Source of the DNA: Callorhinchus milii
Lineage: Eukaryota
Direction: 5' to 3'
Assembly: GCF_018977255.1 (NCBI RefSeq)
Contig: NW_024704743.1
Coordinates: 12,526,001-12,590,000 of the forward strand
Length of the DNA stretch: 64,000 bases
This document shows, piece after piece, positions 1 to 14,569 of this stretch (position 1 is the first letter of the stretch; each line of letters begins with the position of its first letter). The position numbers and the translations under genes are program-made. The notes under the pieces were generated by a model that saw only the letters and a list, made by a program, of their open reading frames with translations, was not told the DNA's origin and searched no databases.

Positions 1-159
1 TACCCTCCACTCATGGAAGTAAGTTGTATTTTGCAAATATAATAATTGATTATGTTTAATAGACTATTATATTAGAAAATATTTCATTTCAAATAATAGT
101 GTATATTATGGTTTCCTTTGGACAACTCAGTATTGACGTTTTTCTCCCCTATTTTACAG

Positions 160-231
160 GGAAGTCTTCGTTGACCATTCAGTTTGTTGAAGGGCAGTTT
201 GTTGACTCATATGACCCCACAATAGAAAACA
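160..231 (+). CDS. RHEB: RHEB coding exon 2 (GKSSLTIQFVEGQFVDSYDPTIEN; end of P-loop and switch I)
   Basis: Acceptor ttttacag|, donor |gtaagt; 72 nt; translation matches Rheb G1/effector region. Exon 1 is outside the window. Confidence 0.97.
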
Positions 232-787
232 GTAAGTAATTATTTAATAAGCACTATTTATCTTGCATAACTTTGGGATTTAATTCCTTATATAACACAC
301 AAACCAACTGGCACCTATAAACCTATAAACTGGCCTTTCAGATAGCGAATGCTAAGGGCATCATTAAGATCGTTAGCAAACAAGCAAATGGTTATGCACA
401 GAGTATTTCGGATGTAGTATGTGGTTGAGGCAGGATCTATACAAGCTTTCAGAAGGGAACTAGATAAATATCTAAAAGAGAGTAAACTGGATAGGGGTAT
501 TGGGAAAGGGTAGGTAAATGGAACTGAAGAATTGCTCTTAAAGGAGCCAACACAGACACAATGGGCTGAATGGCCTTCTTCTGTGCTGTAAATTTCTATG
601 ATTCTATGGTTTTAAAATGCTTCACAGACATGAGTGAATGGGAGCCTGAGAAGGATGGGAGGTGTGAATAATAGAGAGGTGACTGAACACACAATAAGAG
701 GTGGGTTTCAGAAACAAAGAGGAAAAGTGTGAGGTGAGTTATTTAGAGAGAGAGTTCCATAGATCAAGAGCAAAGTGTTTGAAAACT

Positions 788-1400
788 CAACAACAACTTG
801 GATTTATATAGCGCCCTCCACCCCGGACGGTGTCTCAGAGCGCCTTACAGTTTAGGATCCCGGGAACGAGCCAGGAGGAGGGGTGGGAAGGTGACCAAAG
901 ACGCGGTCGAAAAGAAAGGTCTTCAGCAGAGACCTAAAAATAGAAAGGGAGGAAGCGAGACGAAGGGAGTGAGGAAGGCAGTTCCAGAGCCTCGGGGCAT
1001 AGTGGCTGAAGGCACGGCCGCCGAGGGTGGAGCGGAGGACTCGGGGGTCAAGGAGGAGGCCAGACCCAGAAGAACGAAGGCAACGGGTACTGTGCTGAGG
1101 AGAGAGGGTCAGAGAGGTAGGGGAGTGCAGAGGAGTGCAGGGACTTGAATACGGGGGTGAGGATCTTGAAATCGATCCTTTCTGGGATAGGGAGTCAGTG
1201 CAGTCTGGCAAAGACGGGTGATCGGGGAGCGGAGTTTCGGGGGGGGAGGGTTGATGTTCTGGGGAACATGAAGCAGACTGAGTTAGTAGAGTGGGGTGAT
1301 AGGGCGGGGACTTAGTACTGCAGGAAATCAGAGAAGACAGATGTAGGGTGTGGAGATGTTTGAAAATTAGCACAGGGATCTTAAAATCAATCTGGGTGAT
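788..1400 (-). mobile_element. L2 LINE 3' fragment (older subfamily)
   Basis: GGRAFSHYAPRLWNCLP..FRSLLKTFLF C-terminus and (TTG)n tail. Confidence 0.85.
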
Positions 1401-2235
1401 GGAATACGGAGCCAATTGTGACTGGTGAAGATGCGATGATGGACTACATTCACTTGAAGGACATACATGCTCGTCCAGGACTTGATGTCTGAATGGTCGT
1501 CTGTCAGGGAAGGTGCAATCCTAGAGTCAAGTGTGGAAGAACACACAGGGACAAGTGTGCTACATGGAGCATGCAAAGCAGAATAACTTTGAAATTTTCT
1601 AATGAATGGATAACAGGATAACTGGACTACACTGTTTTAGAATTTGCCAAATATTAAAAATTACTTTTTCTACATTTTCTACAAAAAATTTACAGCAGGC
1701 ACAGATCTATTTTCCCCTTTATTATTTGATTCACTGTAGTAATGCCACTATCTGCAAATTGCAAGTATTCTAACCCAATTATTTCTGATGAAATTACTGA
1801 AGGGTATGTGGAAAGAACAGAGATAGTGTTCAGAACAGCGTCTTTAGTTTGATGTTGCTATGGAAATAAGCACAGCAAATTTGAAATTTTTNAATGCAAA
1901 TGTTATGAATCTGTTTCAATGCTACAGGGGTGGATTCTGCCTTTATTTTGTAGGGTAAGAGATTTGGGCTTGCATGATTTCAGTTTTAATTTCTGGCAGT
2001 TCCCCGTAGGAGAGGACACCTTATGTCGGAATCGCTACCTGTATTTAAAAAAAACAGGGTGTGTGGTGCTGCTAGAACCAGCGAGAGAAGAGGGAGAGGA
2101 GAGGAGTAACTATAGGCACAGTTCAAGCGCTATAATTACAGTTATAGTTTGATAGATTTACAGTTCGATAAATATTTGTTAGGTAAGGATATCAAGGGAT
2201 ACGGAACAAAGGTGGGTGAATGGAGTTGAAGCTTA

Positions 2236-3010
2236 GTATCCTGTATGTTTTTTTAACAGCTTTACTTACCTGCCTAACAACTTCAAAGATTTACTTATAT
2301 GAACCCCCAGCTATCTCTGTTCCTTCACCCCCTTTAAGATTGTACCATCAGTCTATATTGCCTCTCCTCATTCATCCTCCCAAAAGGCATCACTTCGCAT
2401 TTCTCCACATTAAGCTTCATCTGCCCATTTTACCAGTCTGTTTATGTCCATTTGCAGTCTGCTATTATCCTCCTCACTGTTTATTACTTTTCCTAGCTCA
2501 GTATCATCTGCAATCTTGGAAATTGTACCCCCTATACCCAAGTCCAGGTCATTTATATAGATCAAAAAGAGCAGTGGTCCCAATACAGACTCCTGGGGGA
2601 CACCACTACACAATTCCCTCCAGTCAAAAAAACAACCATTCACCACCACTCTCTGCTTTCTGTCTCCCAGCCAGTTCTGTATCCATGCTGTCACTGTCCC
2701 TTTAACTCCGTGGGCTTCTATTTTGCTTACAAGTCTCTTATGTGGCACTTTACCAAACGCCTTTTGAAAATCCATATAAACTACATCAACTGCACTACCT
2801 TCATCCACCCTCTCCGTTACTTCATCAAAAAACTCTTATCAGGTTTGTTAGACATGATTTGCCTTTAACAAATACGTGTTAGCTGTCCTTTATTAACCCA
2901 TATTTTTCTAAGTTAAAATTTATTTTGTCCCGGTTTATAGTCTCTAGAAGTTTCCCCACTACTGGCATTAGGCTGACTGGCCTGTAGTTCCCAGGTTTAT
3001 CCTGCCCCTA
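2236..3010 (-). mobile_element. CR1 LINE ORF2 (RT) fragment
   Basis: [30 protein letters not shown] and KIADDTEL (FADD variant) in ORF 2410..2808. Confidence 0.92.
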
Positions 3011-5407
3011 ATTTGTACAGGGGAGTAACATTTGCATGGTGGAATAGGCTTGAGGGGCTGAAAGGGATACTCCTGTTTCTATGTTATATTTTAAAGACAC
3101 ATAGAAAGGAGATAGGTAATGAAATGTAAGAGTAAGTTCATGAGGGTAGGGGTATAGTATCTGAAGGCTCAACCACATTATGAGCAGAGGAGGTGAGGAG
3201 CGCGCAGTAATCTTTGAGTTTTTCAAGTGGAGCAGATCGGCATGGGAGTGAGGCTGGGGAAAATCACATGGTTGGAGAGGGACTATGGCATTTAGGAACT
3301 TGCAGGTGAGAATGAGGAACTTGTGGTTAATTCACAGGAAGAATATTGAGCCTTGTGAGGGCAGAGTTGATGGGCATACAAAGCTTAGTGCGGTTGAGGA
3401 TATGAGTAGCTCCGTTTTGAATGGGCTGGTGCTTGTGGTTGGTAGAGCTATGGAGGTTGGCGAGGAGATGCTTTACAGTAGTTTTAAAAGTAAAAATGGA
3501 CAAATATAATAATAAACCTTGCATTTGATATCGTGCCTTATTCCATCTTCGAGACGTCTCAAAGCGTTTCACAGAATATTCTGTAAAGTGAATTGACTGT
3601 ATATTTTGTGGGTGAAACACGGCAGCCAATTGTGTGGATCAGTGTCCCACTGGGTTGTGAGTTGAGTTTTATGATAACTACCGATTTTGTTTTCTAATTA
3701 CACATCATCTTATTCCCCTCTTCCCGCCCCCCCCCCCCCCCCGCATAATGGAGTCCTATAGAGTAATGGTTAGAGCACTCACCTCGCAAGCGAGAGAGCC
3801 CGGGTTCTATTCCCGGGAAGGGCTAAACCTTAGGCAAATTTCTTTACTCAACATGCCCCTGTTTACCTATCAGTAAGTAGTGACCCGATTGGCAGATCGC
3901 TTTTCGGGGGTAATATTCCCTTAAAAAAATTGGTCACTCAATGCACGACTGTTTGTGGGACACTGCGCAGTTGGCTGCCACGATTCGCCCACAAATATAC
4001 AGTCAATTCACTTCACAATATATTCTGTGAAGCACTTTGAGGTGTCTCAATGAGGTGATAAGGTGGTATATCCAGTGCAATTATTATTATGTTTCTTAGA
4101 CAAATTGTATCTGAAGTAAACAATACACTTTGTCCTCTTTGTGTAATCATCAGTCCTTTTTCCCATTTTGAGCTCAGCAGCTGTATTATTGTGAATACTG
4201 CAGATGCTGGAAATCTGAAACAAAAACAGAAGTCGCTGGGAACAACTCAGCAGGTCAGGCAGCATCTGTGGAGAAAGGAACCTTCACTCTCTGATACTTC
4301 CCTACCTCTCTGACCTCCTCACTTCCCAATCCACCACCCAGTGCCTCCGCTCGACCGGCACCGGCCTCCTGCTTGTCCCTCACACCCTCCGCTGCACCAT
4401 CGGAGGTCGCGCTTTCAGCCACTATGCCCCGAAACTCTGGAACACTCTCCCACAATCCCTCCACTTGCCCCCTTTCTCCTGCCTGAAAACCTTCCTCCCT
4501 CTCCCCTCCAGCTATATAAAGTGAAAGTTGTAAGTGAGAGATGAACCACACGAATCACATTAAACAGCTTATTGAAGAATTTTATGGAGGAATCAGTACA
4601 GATTTAATATGTTGAAGGGTTTCTATTTTGGGCTGATGATGTACCTCCGTTTTTTCATACAGCATTTGTAAAGTGCTTTTCACGTCGGGAGGATGTCCCA
4701 AGGTGCTGGACAGACAGAGTTTCGGACCTGAGCTCGGGGTCGGGGAGGGTGGAGTGCAGGGGGGAAAGCAGGGAGATCGAAAGCACAGTCGAAGAGGAGG
4801 GTCTTGAGATGGGTCTTGAAGGACTCAGAAAAAAAGTCATTAATGTTACTGGGGAGAATTTCCCTTCCAGAATAATTGATACACCGTTCATAGAAAAGCA
4901 ATGAATTGTTGGATTGCTGAGGTTTCAGCCTACAGTTGCAGTATTACGTAATAATAATCTTTGCATTTGATATAGTGCCTCATCACATCGTTTTTTTTGG
5001 TCAGCCAGGTATCTGACACATGTGGAAACCCATCACCATGCTTAAAAGTAACCAAACTGAGAATTCCATGCATCCCTCCTACACATGGAAATTCTAGAAA
5101 TAGATTGTGTAAGTTTCATACATCTTTGAGACGTCTCAAAGCACTTCACAGGATATACTGTAAAGTGGATTGATTGTGTATTTTGTGGGTGAAACTCAGC
5201 AGCCAGTTGTGCACAGTAGTGCCCCACAAACAGCCATGCAATGAGTGAACAATTTTATTGGGGGATTGTTGGCTAGGACACTGGAAGAAACTCACTTCAG
5301 TTTTCATACAGTGCAATGGGAGCTTCAACATCCACTTTAACAGGCAGGTGGTATCTTGGTTTAACATCTCATCCGAAGGACGGCACCTCTGACAATGTAA
5401 CACACAT

Positions 5408-8237
5408 TAGAGTGTTATCTTTCTTGATCAGTACGTTTCCAGCCCAACGAGGAAGGAAGCAGTGCTGGATCTAGTTCTGGGGAATGAAGTAGGGCAAGTG
5501 GAGCAGGTTTCAGTGGGAGAGCATCTGGGCAATAGTGATCACAACATCATTAGATTCAGAGTGCATATGGAAAGAGACGAGGAACCATCTAAGGTGCAGA
5601 TACTCAACTGGAAGAGGGCTAATTTCAATGAGTTAAAAAGGGACCTAGCCAAGGTGGACTGGAAAGAAAGATTGGCAGGTAAAACAACTAAAGAGAAGTG
5701 GGAAGTCTTAAAGGATGAGATAGCTCAGGGACAGAATAAATGCATTCCCACAAAAGGGAAAAGTAGGGCATCCAAACCTCCCTGGATGATGAAGGTATTT
5801 GTATCTAGAATGAAGCAGAAAAAAAGAGGCATATGACAAATATCAAACCGAAGATACCGAAGACAACCAAATAGAATATAGGAAGTGCAGAAGAGGTTTG
5901 AAAAAGGAAATAAGAGGGGCAAAAAGATTATACGAGAAAAGGTTAGTGGGTAACATTAAAAGGAATTCTAAAATACTTTACAAACATATCAAGAAAAAAA
6001 GGTTAGTCAAAGGTAGTGTGGGGTCAATTAAGGACCAACGCGGAAATCTTACTGTGGAGGCAGAGGGTATGGCTGATGTACTGAATGAGTACTTTGCATC
6101 TGTCTTCACAAAAGAAGTGGATGCACCAAATGCCACAGTATCGGAGGAGAGGGTAGAGGAAATGGATAGGATAAGTATAAACAGAGAGGAAGGACTGAAA
6201 AGGTTGACTGGGCTGAAGGTAGATAAGTCACCCGGTCCGGACGGGATGCAGCCAAGGGTACTATGGGAGGCAAGGGTACAAATAGCGGAGGCTTTGGCTA
6301 CAATTTTTCAATCTTCGTTGGACACAGGGGCGGTGCCAGAGGACTGGAGAGTGGCCAATGTTACTCTCCTGTACAAAAAGGACAGAAGGACAAACCTGGG
6401 CACTACAGACCAGTCAGCCTAACATCAGTAGTGGGGGAACTCCTGGAGACTATAATCCGGGACAGAATAAATCTTCACTTAGAAGAATATGGGCTAATTA
6501 GGGACAGCCAGCAAGGATTTGTTGAAGGTAAACCTTGTCTAACAAATCTAACAGAATTTTTCGATGAGGTAACAGAGGAAGTGGATAAAGGTAGTGCAGT
6601 TGATGTATTTTATATGGACTTTCAAAAGGCATTTGACAAAGTGCCACATTTTCATTTTCTTTCGACTTGGAAGAAAGATAGAAGCCAATGGTATAAAAGG
6701 GACAACAACAACAAGATTCCATTTATAGAGCGCCTTTCACATCGGGAGGACGTCCCAAGGCGCTGTACAGTTGGGTCAGGACCTGAGCAGGGGGGAAGTG
6801 GTCAGGGTGAGGGGAGGGAAGGGAGGGAGCGAGGAGGGGGTAGAGAATCAAGAGGGGAGCTGAAGGCACGGTCAAAGAGAAAGGTCTTGAGACCGGCCTT
6901 GAAGGAGGAAAGGGAGGAGGCGGCGAAGGCACTGGGGGATAGAGTTCCAGAGCCTAGGGGCTGAGAGGCTGAAGGCCCACCATCGATGGTAGGGCGGTTG
7001 GGGCGGGGGATGTGGAGCAGACCGGAGTCAGAGGAACGGAGGGTACGGGCAGGTAGGTAGGGGGATAATAGGTCAGAGAGGTAGGAGGGAGCAAGGCCGT
7101 GAATGGCCTTGTAGGTGAGGATGAGGATCTTGAATTCGACAGTGGCAGCATGGATCCAGAACTGGCTGGGAGACAGATAGCAGAGAGTTGTGGTGACCGG
7201 TTGCTTTTCTGACTGGAGGGAAATGTACAGTGGCATCCCCCAGGGATCGGTATTAGGACCACTGCTCTTCTTAATATACATAAATGATCTGGACTTGGGT
7301 ATAGCAAGTAGCATTTCCAAGTTTGCGGATGACACAAAGTGAGGTAGGGTGGTAAACAGTGAGAAGGATAGCAGCCAACTGCAGGAAAACATAGACAGAA
7401 TGGTCAAATGGGCAGAGATATGGCAGATGAATTTCAATGTGGAGAAATGCGAGGTAATGCATTTTGGAAGAAAGAATGAGGGGAGGCAATATAGACTGGT
7501 AATACAATCTTAAGGGGTGTGAAAGAACAGAGAGACCTGGGGGTTCAGGTAAATGAATCCTTGAAGGTGGCAGGACAGGTAGATAAAGCTGTAAAAAGGG
7601 CATATGGGATACTAGGCTTTATAAATAGGGGCATAGAGTAAAAGAGTCAGGAGGTTATGATTAACCCATGTAAAACACTGGTTAGGCCTCAGTTAGAATA
7701 CTGCGCCCAGTTCTGGGCACCACACTATAGGAAGGATGTTAAGGCATTGTAAAGGGTGCAGAGGAGTTTTACAAGGATGGTACCAGGAATGAGGGACCTT
7801 GATTATGAGGAAAGGCACGAGAGGCTGGGATTATTCTCATTGGAGCAGAGAAGGTTACGAGGAGACCTAATAGAGGTTTTCAAAATCATGAGGGGTTTAG
7901 AAAAGGGAAAAACTGTTCCCACTGGTGGGTGTGTCGGTGACTCGAGGTCACAGATTTAAAATAGTTTCTAAAAGAAACAGAGGAGGTGAGAAGAAATTTC
8001 TTCACACAGCGAGTTGTTCAAATCTGGAACACATTGCCTGAAAGGGTGGTGGAGGCTGATTCGATAACAACTTTTAAAAACACGGTGGATGGGTATTTGA
8101 GGAGGACGGGTTTGCAGGGTTATGGGGAAAGGGCTGGGGAGTGGGATTGACATTACATTGCTCTTTTCAAAGGGCCGGCACAGACTCGATGGGCCGAATG
8201 CCCTCTTTTTGTGCTCTATGATTTTAGACTATGATTT
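5408..8237 (+). mobile_element. 5'-truncated CR1 LINE (endonuclease end, RT, 3' end), interrupted by an L2 fragment
   Basis: LDLVLGNE..HLGNSDH, KSPGPDG, YRPVSLTS, MDFQKAFDKVPH, FADDTK; short 3' tail with ctatgatt repeats; many stops. Confidence 0.95.
6705..7139 (-). mobile_element. Young L2 3' fragment nested in CR1
   Basis: (TTG)n tail, hairpin 3' end, FKILILTYKAIHGLAPSYL; the CR1 frame (GIKG|TVAAWIQNWL) resumes after it. Confidence 0.92.
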
Positions 8238-11200
8238 CAAGTCCCGAAGTGGGGCTTGAACCCTCAACCTTCTGACTCTTGAGCCGAACGTTAGAAGGTT
8301 GTGGATTCAAGACTCGCGCGCCAGGCTGACACACAGCGACCTAAAAAATAAAATGATAATTTATTATGCATTATCTAGGAAATAACTGGCAAATGTTTGG
8401 AATTGTAACAATTTAATTGAAGAATGGCTTCATGGCTAGAGTATTATCGTAGTTAAAAATATTTTTAGTTGAGGTGATAGTGTTTTTGTGTTAATGTTCC
8501 AATGAAGAAACAAATGGGAAGTACTATAATCTATGCAGTTAGTCTATTCTTCCTTCTATAATTGTGATGATTTTAAGCCTCGAAAACCCCAAATAAGTGC
8601 ACAGAATCAATTTACTCATAATAATGACACAAATATTAATTTTGAGTATCCTAAATCCAATCTGCCCCATCTGTTTGGTGGTGGCTTCCATCCCTCTACA
8701 CCGCGGACTCATTTCCCACCTTTAAATCCTGTCTTAAAGACCTTTCTGTTTGACTGCTCTTGGTCACCCCTCCCTCCTACTTTATCCCCAGCTCAGGCTC
8801 CAAGCCCCTTGAGACATCTTCCTGATGTAATAAGGACTAAAAATATGTAAAATTGGTATTGTAAACAGATTCAAATTTGTAGTCTTAAAATAATAATCCT
8901 TCCATTTCACCCACAAAATATATAGTGAATTCATTTTACAGTATATTCTGTGAAAATGCTTTGAAATGTCTTGAAGGCATGATAAAGCACTATATCAAAT
9001 GCAACGATTATTATAAAGTACTTTTCATAGTGCAAAGTTGCACTAGAACTACTCTATGGAGGCTTCCATTGCATATGAAGAAAGCCTTGCCAACCTTCCA
9101 GTTTAGTTTTCTTAGTTAAATCCTGTACCACTTTGGCAGAGTCCTCCACTTCTGCATTATACAAGGAATACTACAACAAGCATAAATTATTTGACTACAT
9201 TTCTGTATATTGTAAAATATTTTAATGCCATTTTCAACATTTAATGCTACAACCATTTAAAAAGCTAAATCTTGTGTTACTCATGTCTGTCCAAATGATT
9301 TCACCAATGTTTTCTTATGGTTCATCTCAAAAGTTAAATATGTTAAACTGCATAATACTTCACCAATTTGTTTGGTTGAGCAAATGACCGACAAGGGCTC
9401 CTCCAAAGCTATTGGCACCAGCAGGGAGGCAGGCAATCAATGTAGTAGCAGTCATGTTTTTGTTGGCTTTCACGTACTTCGCTTTCTCCTGATGGAACTG
9501 TCCCACAGTATAAATAGGGCAGCTTGACAGGATGGGGAAACTGAATGCATAGAGAGACTATACAAATTCTAGAGGAATAAAGAGGAGAAAAAATTGAAGG
9601 GAAGATTTGATGGAATGCAGAACCATCAGCTCTCTGTGATTTGTGTTGCTGGATTTGGCATGGCATAACCTGACATTGTGGAAGCTGCATTGCATTCTCA
9701 AATCAAACCAGTCTGTCTATCTTTCACCCTACAGTGGAATGCCATCTCTTAAGCTCCCACTTCCTCGCAAACACAACATGCACTGGCTGGAGATTTTGCT
9801 TTTCATTGATTTGCTTTGCTCTAACTTTTATTGGAATGGACTTAACAGTAATTTCACAAGGGAGCAGGTCATTCAGTCCTTCAAACTTGTTTGGCATTTT
9901 ATTAAATTGTATCAGATCTTTTAATCCCATTTGCCTCCCAATCTTTCCTCCACAGACGTGTATTACAGTAGGATTTGTATGAGACATCTTAGTGTATTCA
10001 GGAAAAGAAAATCAAGTGGGCTGTGAAATCATTTCCACTGTAGCTGCTTGCCCTCATTCAGTCTTGGAATATTTATTTAATGAGTACAAAGCCATGTTGG
10101 ACTGTTGCCCATAAACAACCAGTGATTGATTATAAAGTTGTGTTGCAATCTTATGGTTGGGCACTTGTCCAGCACGACTTTGCATTTAATAAATACAAAT
10201 GTTCCAAGATGGACTGACCATGTGTGACTACACTGCAATTGCCACAGAAGCTGCTCCGTAACCCACTCTTGCTCTAGACTTGCCTCATTACCTTGCTGCA
10301 GCATGTGGAGAAACTGGGCACATCTGCCTGATATTAGCAATTTCAGTGCACATTCTATTGTGAGGAATAATATTTTTACAACCATTGTTTTCTGAAGGTT
10401 TGACTGTAGCAACATTTGGGCATATTTTGAAATATCACAATATGGTTTGCTGTTTAATGAACTTGCTGCAATGATCAGCAGAGGATGAAGCATAATGTAG
10501 CAGAGCCCCGTTATGACGCAGTAGTTGACCATAAAATTCCAATTAGCACTGTAACGGTGTGTAGCCATCGGTAAGCACATCTGCATTTACCTCACAAGGG
10601 CAAAATGACAGTGGTTTCTATCAGCTCTTCAAAACATTGTCTGACTTCCAGGTCATTCGTTTGCTTCCTACGTCATTTCATATGCATGAATAGTTTACAG
10701 GAAGTGACATGGATAGTGACCTGGTGACTATTTTGACTTGCTGCATGCCGGCTGTTGTTTTGAGGTGCTGGTAGAATCTGCGAATTTTCAACTTTTTTGG
10801 GGTGTGTACAAAGGCTGGGTCCACACTGTAAGAGAAGTGTTACACTGAAGCATGTCATACCTGGGGGAGCGCAGAAGGAGAGGTTTTCCACTTATGACTT
10901 CAATACATTATAGTCTCGCTTATAAGACGGATAGATTATGGAGCACTGCTCACAAATAAAGCCGTACATCGCGAGAGAAGCTGGCAGTGCTCCCTAGTGA
11001 AATTACTGTTAACATCACTATTTCGGAAGTGCTGACAGGCACTGCCTGTTTAACAATAATAATCTATTTTATTTATCTACAACTGGTAGATGAAACTTTA
11101 GAAGGGGAAACAAAGCTTAGATACAATGAAAATTCCAGCAGAATATTTTCAGTTGATGTATATCTTTTTGGATTTGATGTGCTTCATCTCTATTGAGCTG

Positions 11201-12234
11201 TAAAATGTTCATTTGCAAAGTGCCACCTTTTAACAAAATGACAACTTTTTGTGGCTCAGAATCAGATCAGAAGAGTTTATTTTGCAGATTGCAAAATACA
11301 GTATACATGGTACAAGAACAGGAAGGTGAAAGACTGCTGATATCTTAACATGTAGTTTGGATGGACGTTCTACTTTTAGCACTGACCGATTGCAGAATCA
11401 ACTTGTGTGTTACTGTGCTGAGCTATCCTTGCGTTTTAGGTCAGTTGCTGTTGCTGATGCTGTTGGAGTTGTAATGAATGGAAAGGCACTTTCACATTGA
11501 GTATTTCTTACCACTGACACAGCCTTTCTTAATAGGCATGGTTGCTTCCTAACAAAGAATGTTGTCATAGAACAAATGCACCAGAATTTAGCAATGCATC
11601 AAAATTCACTTATAATATAATCTTTGATTTGATATAGCAACTTATCACATCATCGAGAGGTCTCGAAGTGCTTCACAGAACATATTGTAAAATTGAATTG
11701 ACTGTATATTTTGTGGGCGAAACGCAGCCAATTGCGCACAGCAGTGTCCCACAAACAGTCGTGGATTGAGTGACCACATTTTTTTAAGGGTTTATCACTC
11801 CGTCTAGACTGATGTATTGCTGCATTATTGGAGATGCGGTCCTTTAGATGAGGTGTTAAAGCAATATCCTCAGGTGGACATTAAGGATCCCCATGACGTT
11901 TGAAAAGAGAAGGGAGTTTCTCTACATGTCCTAGTAACAATTCTCCAGCTAAAATTAGTCTCTCACTTTAACAGGAGTCAGCTGGCTTGGTTGTTGTTGG
12001 TAGCCCCTGGTTAGCTGATTAAACTTCAGCAGCACTGCAACACGCACCAAAGATTTGGCTCTTGCCAACCTGCACAGAATACACTCCAGAATTAAGTGAA
12101 CAAGATGCATCCCTCCGGGGAGAGATTGTACATTCCATTCCAGACAAGGAAATTCCCATATGAAGGTGACATACATGTAAAGCTGTCTCGTCTGGATACT
12201 CTTAAACACAGTGATGGATTTCTGCATTTGTTAA

Positions 12235-12711
12235 CAACAACAATAACAAGATTCCATTTATTGAGCGCCTTTCACGTCGGGAGGATGTCCCAAGGCGCTG
12301 TACAGTTGGGTCAGGACTCGAGCAGGGGGGAAATGGTCAGGGGGAGGGAAGGGAGGGAGCGAAGAGGGGGGAAATGGTCAGGGGGAGGGAAGGGAAGGAG
12401 CGAGGAGGGGGTAGAGAGTCGAGATGGGAGCTGAAGGCACGGTCAAAGAGAAAGGTCTTGAGACCGGCCTTGAAGGAGGAAAGGGAGGAGGCGGCGAAGG
12501 CACTGGGGGATAGAGTTCCAGAGCCTCGGGGCTGAGAGGCTGAAGGCCCGGCCACCGATGGTAGGGCGGTTGGGGCGGGGGATGTGGAGCAGACAGGAGC
12601 CAGAGGAACGGAGGGTACGGGCAGGTAGGTAGGGGGATAGTAGTTCAAAGAGGTAGGAGGGAGCGAGGCCGTGAATGGCCTTGTAGGTGAGGATGAGGAT
12701 CTTGAATTCGA
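12235..12711 (-). mobile_element. Young L2 3' fragment with TSD TTGTTAA
   Basis: Near-identical to 6705-7139; TSD at 12228-12234 and 12715-12721. Confidence 0.92.
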
Positions 12712-14569
12712 GGATTGTTAAATACCTGGCTGACCTGAAAAGGTGACTCTGAAATATCTGTATTGTAAAGTGTGCATGTCCTGTGCTGTCCTGTGATCAT
12801 GCCTTCTATAAATGAGTAGAGCTACTCTGGGATATGTGAGGGAAGTCCTGAAGTGGTACCCATCTATGCGACTAAATGAAAATTTTCTTGCTTTTATTTT
12901 AGCACTATCTGTGGGGAGTTTACATAAATCTCACAACAAACCAGGGTTTCCAGAGCTTTACATCCAACTAAAGTAGAATGTTTAATCCAGAATGAATTAT
13001 TTGCTTCATTGATTCAACGTGACTCTCTTCGATTTTTTAGATATGCCCATTTGGAAGAAATAATGACAATCCTTGCATTTGATATAGCGCCTATCAACTG
13101 TTATAAATACGGTATAATAATAATCCTTGCATTTGGTATGGCACTTCATGACAGGAGAGCATCTTGAAGCGCTTCACTCCTCCTTACTGTAAAATGGAAT
13201 GAACGCGGTAGCCAATTTGAGTTCCGAGTCTGATATGGGGCTTGAACTCTAAACCTTCTGACTCAGAAGTAAAAGTTCTACTAATTGAGCCAGGCTGACC
13301 CATGGTTTGTAACAAACAACAGAAGATAATAATCTTCCAGTTAATGTGGTTGCTTACCTTGTGGCTATTTTGGTGCCTTTGCTTAATGCAAAATAATAGG
13401 TATGGAATGTCATCTGCCCTACTTGTTCCCATTTTCCCAGCTTTTCATTTTCGAGCTGGATCTCTGGTTTCAGAGGCAACAAGATGTACAAACTGCAGCT
13501 CTTTCCAGAGTCTAGAAATTGGCGATCATATAATACTAACTGCCTCTGAAGATAAACGACAACATGAGGACGTTATACTGTGCTTCAGTATTCAGCAATA
13601 ACTCAAGAACCTTCAGAATATAGAAGTGTGGTATGTTTCCTGTTTCCAGCCCTGACTGGCCAGTTTCTTATACATAGCGCACAGACACAGAGGGCATCCC
13701 ATCCACGGTGCCCCCAGCACCCACTGACTCTGAGAGCAGTCACTGCTGGCCAGTCTGCTTCCTGTGTACTCTGCACATGTGCAGCATGAATCAGTGATAA
13801 CAGCAGTGGACTTGACGACCCTGGAAGTGCTGACCAGCAATAACAGTAACACACTCCATTATACCATGGGGGTCCCATTTTATGTAACCCAGTCAGTGTG
13901 ATACAGTCAGACTGTCATGTAAAAGCAGCATTAGTCCAGGTATAGAACTTTGTAAATGTAGGGCATTGAATGCATGTTGTTGAAAAGCAAGTTTTCTACT
14001 TGAAATGTTTCAGTGCAGTAGTAAATAGATAAGGTAATTTTATGAATAGATAAGCTTGTTTTAATCAATGTGGTAATATTGTATTGTAGTTCCATGCTGT
14101 GAAGTACAAAGGCCACTGGATTAATAGTTTTATTTTCTCGAAAGAAAAGCCCTGTGAGAAATATGCAGTAAATTGCTATATCAGAGCCTGCCTTTCAGCT
14201 TTGAATAATGCTCTGAAAGAAATCTTTCTTCATGAAATGGGGACTGCTGACCAACCTTTGTTTTTAATGTGAAAAATTTGGGCCTTGAGCAGATATACAG
14301 TAGGTTTAGTCTGAGAAGCATGCAGTGCAGACAATAAATGGTACAGCATAAGCTGCTGAAGTGATCAGAAATGAAATGCAGTATAGTATTGCAGTTTTGT
14401 AAAGTCTGCAATTAAGCAGTATTTTTTCAAAAAATATTGTGGCTGAGGGAGGAAGAAAGGATTTTAAAGGTTGTAAGTAATAACAATCTTTGCATTTGAT
14501 ATAGTGTCTTATCACATCTTCGAGGAGTCTCAAAGCACTTCACACAATATACTGTAAAGTCATCCACAG

